This document shows, one piece after another, positions 57,780-64,000 of a DNA stretch of 64,000 nucleotides. The stretch is from the IMG/VR virus record IMGVR_UViG_3300036713_000599; one strand, given 5' to 3'. The notes under the pieces are model-generated. The model worked only from the letters and a program-made list of their open reading frames with translations, had not been told where the DNA came from and made no database searches. The position numbers were made by a program, and so were the translations under genes. The stretch's first letter is position 1. The number at the start of each line of letters is the position of its first letter. This DNA is from a virus (Duplodnaviria > Caudoviricetes).

Positions 57780-58748
57780 ATGGTCGCTAAGCCTCGACCA
57801 GGGCCTTTTCGTGTCTTTTTTGGGGACGAGGCGTACCTCCTTGATGAGATCTTGGTGAAGGCGAAGAGCCAACAGGATCGAGACGTGACTGTCTTTGACG
57901 GTAAGGATAAGGGTACTACAGGGAAGGACATTGTATCCCTGTGTGAGATGCCCAACTTCGCTGGTCAAGATAAGGGTGTTGTTGTCGATAACGCCCATAA
58001 GTTAAAAAAACCAGAGCCTCTTCTGGACTTTATCAAAGGGTGGGACGTCAATGACGATTCCGTGGTTCTGCTTATCATCGCTCGGGCAAGTAAGATTGGA
58101 TCGTGGATCAAAGCGGCTGCGGATTTAGGTGTTGTTCGGGAATTTCAGCAACCAAAACCGTGGAAGCTTGAGGAGCGTGTTGCTCGAATTAAGAGGCAGG
58201 CTGACAAGGTCGGTGTACGGTTGGATGACGACGTGCCCGAGCTTTTGATCAAGATCTTAGGTTATGACTTACGGATCATTGTTAATGAGCTGAATAAGCT
58301 GCACTACCTGGTGGACGGTGAGACAGCGAATCGAGATCACGTGCGACAACTCGTACCTTTTCTGTTTCCTGTTGAGCCTTACCAGGTAGCAGAGGCGGCT
58401 CTTAGTAAAAAGCCTGACAAGGCTATGACCTTGCTTAGTTTCGTCTACCGCAACCTTGGGGCAAGTGCACATGTTCCTGTAACGTACGCACTTTTGCGGC
58501 TCTTTGAGAGAGTTCTTCTCGTTCGGGACATGTCGGATCGCGGGGACTCTACTAAGGTCATCGCGGAACGGTTAGGGATGCATGAATTCGCCCTAAAGAA
58601 GAACCTTTTGCCTATGGCTCGTCTACACCAGGTGAGCGAGCTGAGGGCTAAGATGCAGACAGTATGTAGATTGGACACACTGGTAAAGGGGCCGGCTCGA
58701 TCTAAACGAACTCAGGTCGAACTGGTCCTTTTTTCTATCGCCTCGTGA
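57780..58748 (+). CDS. holA: DNA polymerase III delta-like clamp-loader subunit
   Basis: VFFGDEAYLL, VVVDNAHKL, DLRIIVNELNKLHY, ELVLF; follows holB. Confidence 0.78.
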   Translation: MVAKPRPGPFRVFFGDEAYLLDEILVKAKSQQDRDVTVFDGKDKGTTGKDIVSLCEMPNFAGQDKGVVVDNAHKLKKPEPLLDFIKGWDVNDDSVVLLIIARASKIGSWIKAAADLGVVREFQQPKPWKLEERVARIKRQADKVGVRLDDDVPELLIKILGYDLRIIVNELNKLHYLVDGETANRDHVRQLVPFLFPVEPYQVAEAALSKKPDKAMTLLSFVYRNLGASAHVPVTYALLRLFERVLLVRDMSDRGDSTKVIAERLGMHEFALKKNLLPMARLHQVSELRAKMQTVCRLDTLVKGPARSKRTQVELVLFSIAS

Positions 58749-58760
58749 GGAAAACCCCCG

Positions 58761-61700
58761 ATGGAGATTGTCAAAACGCGTCAACTGTCTCAGGTCCGAC
58801 TCAGCGAGAATTTTCTCGCCCCTTATCGCCAGAAGGGGGATGTCTTCGAAACGTTGTTGGCAAGGTCAACGTATTTGACCAAGTACTCCAGAGATAAGGA
58901 GGGGCCGTTATCGCACGAGTGTTGGACAGATACAATCAAACGAGTCGTGGAAGGAAATGTTAATCTCGCCCCTGGTGTGAGCGTGGAGGAGGCTCAGTTA
59001 CTATTTCACTTATTCTGGACAGGACAGGCTATGCCTCCAGGCCGTGGCCTGTGGACGGGAGGGGTCGAAGGTATCCCTGCGGACGCTCGTTATAATTGCT
59101 GGTTCACAACTCTGCGGGACATTGATGACTGGTGTTGGACGGCTAACCAGCTTATGCTTGGAGGTGGTGTAGGTGTCGGCCTAACTGAGATCGATTCTCT
59201 GCCGACGGTTTCAGAGGGAAATGCTCGTTTCGCAGTATGGTGTCGGGACAACCACCCCAATCTCGGAGAAGTGGACCCTAACGGTCCTGAGTTCCTTAAT
59301 GGCCAGACTCCTGTATTTAAGTGCGAGGATTCCCGTGAAGGGTGGGTCGCATCTTTTCGGAATGTCTTGGACTCAGCTTTCCGCGGCCAGGACTTGATTG
59401 TCGACGTGTCCGAGGTTCGGCCCAGGGGTGAGCCGATTAAGACATTCGGCGGAACCGCCTGTGGTCCGGGCCCTCTTGTACATCTCCTTCGCTCTTCTTG
59501 GGATTATATCCGGCAGGCGAGAGGCCGCCGATTGTCGTCGGTAGAGGCCCTTGATATCACGAACCACGTTGGTTTGTGCATTAAGGCAGGAAATGTCCGT
59601 CGTTGTCTACCTGGGAACACTTTGGTACACACAGAGACAGGCCTTGTGCCTATTAGGGACGTCAAAGTAGGAGACAAGGTAGCTACTTCTGGGACTAGGA
59701 GTGAGCGTTACATGCCTGTGACAGCCCACATGGATCAGGGGAGGCAGCGGTTGGTGGAGATCGAGAACCAGATGGGTATTTTTCGGTGCACGGGTAACCA
59801 CCTAGTTGCTGTGATGACTGGCATCGGCACGTACGAGTTTAAAAAGGCTTCCGAACTGAAGCCTGGGTCGAGGATGGCTTTTGTTAACCATGACATCCCA
59901 GGAGATGTCACCGAACTCCCGTCTTGGGGGTATGACTGTTCTGAAGATTCAACCGCCTGTGCCGACATCTCGGTTCCAGAATTAACTTCAGAGGTTGCTT
60001 GGTTCTTGGGGTATTTTCTTGGGGGCGGTTACGTTAGAGCTGACCATAAAGAGAACGGGTTCAATGCTGAAGTGGTTATGGCTGTGGCTAACGACGTTGA
60101 TGCTGCGGCCATTGTGGATCGACTGGATTCTGTGTTCTCTGCTTTTGGTGTGAGCACTAGTAAGACTCATCCGAGTAGCTGTGATGACAGCTGGGAGGTT
60201 CGAGCCACGTCCAAACAGTTGGCTCGGTACTTCTGCGAGAACTTCAAACAACCGGAGACAGCCACTAAGGTGCCTGAATGCGTTCTTCGTGGCACTCTTA
60301 GAGTTCGGGCAGCATTTCTCGCGGGTGTCTTGGATTCAGGTGGTCACAACAATAAGCCTGTGGTTTTGTGTGCGTCTGTGTACCCCACTTTCTTGGAGGA
60401 GCTACAGTCTGTTTATGCCAGTATTGGAATCCCTACCAGGCTTAAGTTGAACCGTCCCGAAAAAGACACTTGGCAGCCGATGTGCCATTTAAGCCTCGTG
60501 GGGACAGAGGCCGTGAGCTTCTTCGGGGAAAAAGTCCAGTCTTTTGTTTTTCGTTCGAACAGCAAACAGGCGACAACCCACTTGTTTAGTAGGCTCGGAG
60601 GGGACACAAAGGGACTTTGTCCTATCGAGGTCCTAGAGGTTCGTGATTCTGAGATTTTTTCCGACACTTATGATATTGAGGTTGCCGGAGCTGAGGAGTT
60701 CGTGGCATCCGGTTTGCTCGTACACAATTCCGCTCTCATTACGTTAGGTCATATTTCTGACCAAGAATTCCGTGATGCGAAGAAGGACTCTGCTGCCGTG
60801 ATGAGCCATCGTCACACAAGCAACAACTCTGTAGCTTTCCAGGACTGGGATCAGCTTAATAATTTTGACTGGCGTGGGTTGGTGGCTGATAACATTGATT
60901 TCGGTGAACCAGGGATCTTGAATTTACCCCTTGGTCGTCAGACAGATCCTGGCGTAAAGGGTGTGAATCCGTGTTTCAGTGGGGACACTCGCATTGCTGT
61001 AGCTGATGGCCGTGATTCTGTTACCATCCAAGAACTCGCTGAGGCAGGGGTTGACGTTCCTGTTTATTCTGTGAGTCGCCAGACAGGCAAAGTGGAGATC
61101 AAGATGGGTCGCCATCCTCGCATTACTGGTTTTGGTAAGGAGTTGTTGCGTGTCTGGTTGGACGACGGTGGTTACTTGGACACCACACCTGACCATAGTT
61201 TCCTGCGGCTCGACGGCTCAAAGGTTAGTGCGTGTGACCTGGTACCTGGAGACAGCCTTCCCAGGTTCACTGCCACGGGAGAACATGTCCATTGTGATAC
61301 CCGGGATCCCTCTGTAGAGGCGACACCCAAGAGCCAACTAGTCGTCCCAGTTCTTCAAGAAGACAACGATTCTGCTTCGGTGACTAAAAAGTGTGAGGTG
61401 TGCGGGACCCTGTTCGAGACTCTCCGTGGGTTTAGGGAGAGATCTTTTTGTTCTGATACGTGTGTGAGCGCATACTCTAATCACGAAGACCGGCTCTCTG
61501 CTCCTAAGATCGAATCAGAGCAGGCACGTGTTTGTTCTGGTCTTATGTTTGAGTTAGGTCGAGACCCCAGCCATATCGAATGGTCTCATGCCTGTGCGGT
61601 CGAGGGTGTGGCTTACCACCTAGGCCTGGCTTCCAGTTTCCGACATTTTAGGGAGGTCCTTTCTGCAGGGGCTGCCTACAACCACCGTGTTGTAAAGGTG

Positions 61701-62696
61701 GAGAAACTTCCCGGAGAGCATACGGTCTACAATATAACGGTGGACGACCACCACACCGTGGCTGTGATCACTGAAAGTGCTCTTAAAAAGGACGGGGTTC
61801 ACCACACTGGAGTTTACGTAGCACAGTGTGGTGAACAACTTTTGCATGACCGTGAGGCGTGTAACTTGGCAGAAGTTTTCCCTGCCAAGTTTGGGGCGGG
61901 GACCGACCCTATCACTGTATTCCGGCTTGTGACTCGTTATTGTCTGAGGCAGCGCCTTACTCCACTTTCCGACGAGAGGAGTCATGCTGTAGGTAAACGT
62001 AATATGCGTGTGGGCGTGGGCCTTGGAGGTATTTGCGACTTTGAGTGGACCCCTGAGCTTCTCGCCAGGTGGTTCGGTGCATGTCGTCGTGAAGCTGATT
62101 CGTATGCTGAGGAGCTTGGTGTGAGCAAGCCCATAACAGTGACGACAGTTAAGCCTAGTGGTACCATTTCTTTGGTTAACAGTTCCAGTCCTGGTGTACA
62201 TGCTTCGCACTCTCCTTACTACATCCGTCGCGTTCGGATTGCGAAGAATGATCCAATGTCGGCTGCGATGGCAGAGGCTGGCGTAACCTTCGAAGAGGAC
62301 TTGTGCGACGAGACCCACAACACCTGGGTGTACTCCTTCCCCATGAAGGCGGACAATCCGAAGGTCACTAAGGAAAGTGAGACACTTCGTGATCAATTTG
62401 AGCGCCAGGCGACCATCCAGGAGTGGTGGGCAGACAACGCGGTGTCGAGTACCATAAACTTCGATGCTGAGACCGAAAGGGAGGAGCTTGCAGCATGTTT
62501 CGAGGAGTTCGTCCCTCGCCTTAAGTCTACTGCGGTACTTCCTAAAGGTCATGGGTACGTCCAGGCCCCATACGAAGCTATTGACGAGGCGACGTACAAG
62601 GAGATGGCTCGCGGCATCAATCACGACAGTAAACTTGTGGGCGGTGGGGATATCGAGGTGGAAGAATGTGAGGGAGGCGTGTGCCCAATACGCTGA
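58761..62696 (+). CDS. nrdJ: class II (B12-dependent) ribonucleotide reductase with two inteins
   Basis: MPPGRGLW, YNCW, GGGVG, GNVRR|SALI, NP|CGEQ, EACNLAE, VKPSGTISL, DNAVSSTINF, QAPYEAID. Confidence 0.95.
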   Translation: MEIVKTRQLSQVRLSENFLAPYRQKGDVFETLLARSTYLTKYSRDKEGPLSHECWTDTIKRVVEGNVNLAPGVSVEEAQLLFHLFWTGQAMPPGRGLWTGGVEGIPADARYNCWFTTLRDIDDWCWTANQLMLGGGVGVGLTEIDSLPTVSEGNARFAVWCRDNHPNLGEVDPNGPEFLNGQTPVFKCEDSREGWVASFRNVLDSAFRGQDLIVDVSEVRPRGEPIKTFGGTACGPGPLVHLLRSSWDYIRQARGRRLSSVEALDITNHVGLCIKAGNVRRCLPGNTLVHTETGLVPIRDVKVGDKVATSGTRSERYMPVTAHMDQGRQRLVEIENQMGIFRCTGNHLVAVMTGIGTYEFKKASELKPGSRMAFVNHDIPGDVTELPSWGYDCSEDSTACADISVPELTSEVAWFLGYFLGGGYVRADHKENGFNAEVVMAVANDVDAAAIVDRLDSVFSAFGVSTSKTHPSSCDDSWEVRATSKQLARYFCENFKQPETATKVPECVLRGTLRVRAAFLAGVLDSGGHNNKPVVLCASVYPTFLEELQSVYASIGIPTRLKLNRPEKDTWQPMCHLSLVGTEAVSFFGEKVQSFVFRSNSKQATTHLFSRLGGDTKGLCPIEVLEVRDSEIFSDTYDIEVAGAEEFVASGLLVHNSALITLGHISDQEFRDAKKDSAAVMSHRHTSNNSVAFQDWDQLNNFDWRGLVADNIDFGEPGILNLPLGRQTDPGVKGVNPCFSGDTRIAVADGRDSVTIQELAEAGVDVPVYSVSRQTGKVEIKMGRHPRITGFGKELLRVWLDDGGYLDTTPDHSFLRLDGSKVSACDLVPGDSLPRFTATGEHVHCDTRDPSVEATPKSQLVVPVLQEDNDSASVTKKCEVCGTLFETLRGFRERSFCSDTCVSAYSNHEDRLSAPKIESEQARVCSGLMFELGRDPSHIEWSHACAVEGVAYHLGLASSFRHFREVLSAGAAYNHRVVKVEKLPGEHTVYNITVDDHHTVAVITESALKKDGVHHTGVYVAQCGEQLLHDREACNLAEVFPAKFGAGTDPITVFRLVTRYCLRQRLTPLSDERSHAVGKRNMRVGVGLGGICDFEWTPELLARWFGACRREADSYAEELGVSKPITVTTVKPSGTISLVNSSSPGVHASHSPYYIRRVRIAKNDPMSAAMAEAGVTFEEDLCDETHNTWVYSFPMKADNPKVTKESETLRDQFERQATIQEWWADNAVSSTINFDAETEREELAACFEEFVPRLKSTAVLPKGHGYVQAPYEAIDEATYKEMARGINHDSKLVGGGDIEVEECEGGVCPIR
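59604..60728 (+). other. intein 1 (375 aa) with degenerate LAGLIDADG endonuclease
   Basis: Starts CLPGNTLV, ends LLVHN before Ser; motifs LGYFLGGG and LAGVLDSGG. Confidence 0.9.
60972..61826 (+). other. intein 2 (285 aa) ending in Gln, at the NP|CGE catalytic motif
   Basis: Starts CFSGDTRI, block B TTPDH, block F VYNITVDDHH, ends VYVAQ before Cys. Confidence 0.88.
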
Positions 62697-62823
62697 AGTG
62701 GTTGTCCCAGGCGACCGCATCCTTCGGTCCGTGACGCAGAGACCGAAGCGATCCCAGAATTCCAAGGCGCATCAAAGCACCAAATAACACACAACCTGGC
62801 CCCTCTTGGTGTAATTAGAGGGG

Positions 62824-64000
62824 ATGGACCTATTCGATCAGCTCGACCAAGAACGAATCGACGAGCTTGGGGCCAACATCTCCCAGGCTCGCCACGACTA
62901 CTACAATAATCAGCCTAGCGTCCCTGATGAGTTGTACGATGCTTGGGTTGACGAACTGGCTGAACTCAAAGAGAACCATCCGGTTGTTGCTGCAGTGGGT
63001 GCCCCTCCGGTGTCGGACTGGCCCAAGGTCAACCATACTGTGCCTATGGGTTCCTTGTCGAAGGTGCAGACCATGGACGAGATGACCTCTTGGATACAGA
63101 AAGTCAGCAGAGAGAAAGGTACTGCGTCATACGAGAAACTGCTGGTCGCTGAGAAGCTGGACGGTATCAGTGTGTCTCTCAGGTACGAGAAGGGGAGGTT
63201 TGTTCAAGGGCTTACGCGGGGTGACGGTGAGACCGGTGAGGACATCACCCCCAACGTGGCTCGTATGAAGAACGTGCCGGCAAGACTCCACGAACCTGTT
63301 TCCGCCACCTTCCGTGGCGAAATACTTTTGTACAAGGATGACTTCGTTAAATACTTTCCTGGTATGCAGAATCCCCGTAACGCTGCTAGTGGAACAGCTA
63401 AGCGGCTCGACGGCTCCGGCTCAGAACACCTTACCGTGCTCGTGTACCAGGTACTAGAGGGCCCTGACTTAGAGACAGAGGAAAAACAGTTCGAGTTCAT
63501 TAAAAAGGTGGGACTGAAAAACCCCCAGTATTACATCACGGCTATGGCTCCAGGTATGCGAACCCCTCACGATATATGGGTGGATTACCAGCAGTCTGTC
63601 CGTGAGGCGCTCCCTTACGAGATCGATGGGCTTGTGGTTCGTGTTAATGATATGCCCCATCAGCTGAGTTTGGGTGAAAAGAACAACCGTCCTATTGGCG
63701 CGGTTGCTTTCAAATTCAGTATGATTACAAGGGAGACGGTGTCAGTTGCTCGGATTGATCAGGTTGGAGGTACTGGCATTATCACACCGGTGGCTGAGTT
63801 TCGCCCTATCCGCCTTCTTGGTGCCGAAGTTTCTCGGGCTTCTCTCTATAACCAGAAATACGTCGAACAGATTGGATTCGACGTAGGTTGTCGCATCCTT
63901 GTCGGCAGATCAAATGACGTGATCCCGAGAGTTGCCTCTGTTGTCCGTAGAACAGGAGCAGTGTCCCAACCTCCGACTCATTGTCCTGAGTGCGGTACCC
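62824..64000 (+). CDS. ligA: NAD-dependent DNA ligase (partial, runs off right edge)
   Basis: Manual translation: RHDYYN, DAWVDEL, HTVPMGSLSK, AEKLDG, LTRGDGETGEDIT, RGE, NPRNAASG, EIDGLVV, QVGGTG..TPVA; ATG 10 nt after GGTGTA. Confidence 0.95.
   Translation, partial: MDLFDQLDQERIDELGANISQARHDYYNNQPSVPDELYDAWVDELAELKENHPVVAAVGAPPVSDWPKVNHTVPMGSLSKVQTMDEMTSWIQKVSREKGTASYEKLLVAEKLDGISVSLRYEKGRFVQGLTRGDGETGEDITPNVARMKNVPARLHEPVSATFRGEILLYKDDFVKYFPGMQNPRNAASGTAKRLDGSGSEHLTVLVYQVLEGPDLETEEKQFEFIKKVGLKNPQYYITAMAPGMRTPHDIWVDYQQSVREALPYEIDGLVVRVNDMPHQLSLGEKNNRPIGAVAFKFSMITRETVSVARIDQVGGTGIITPVAEFRPIRLLGAEVSRASLYNQKYVEQIGFDVGCRILVGRSNDVIPRVASVVRRTGAVSQPPTHCPECGT

Noticed and set aside
61620-62765. 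381-aa antisense ORF and other long antisense ORFs opposite nrdJ, groEL, the methyltransferase and cas12j
   Set aside because: Shadow frames of strongly conserved genes, with no motifs or start signals.

Overview
64 kb of a large (jumbo/huge-type) dsDNA bacteriophage genome: dense short ORFs, no rRNA, no housekeeping operon, no capsid or terminase gene recognised in this window. Main landmarks: a minimal type V CRISPR-CasPhi (Cas12j) locus (769-aa RuvC effector plus a 10-repeat/9-spacer array, no cas1/2/4); a 1.2-kb TnpB-only element that splits a 99-codon phage gene; an intact-looking two-component cluster (PAS-histidine kinase plus three receiver proteins); two tandem sigma-factor-like genes; ADP-ribose-related genes (two macrodomains, one degenerate ARH); chaperones (GroEL, Hsp20, two J-domain proteins); nucleotide and replication genes (dut, dcd, nrdJ with two inteins, clamp-loader delta/delta-prime-like, NAD-dependent ligase, DNA methyltransferase, ParB-like). 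Reading the DNA directly shows two recurring promoter-like motifs at fixed distance from start codons (CCGAAC-N16/17-CGTAGTA-N5-ATG and GGTGTA-N10-ATG), implying widespread leaderless transcripts and allowing many ORF starts to be corrected, plus a candidate structured ncRNA with a tRNA-like 3' module, an in-frame amber codon and several unexplained repeats and hairpins. All protein calls come from motifs read by eye; no database searches were run.
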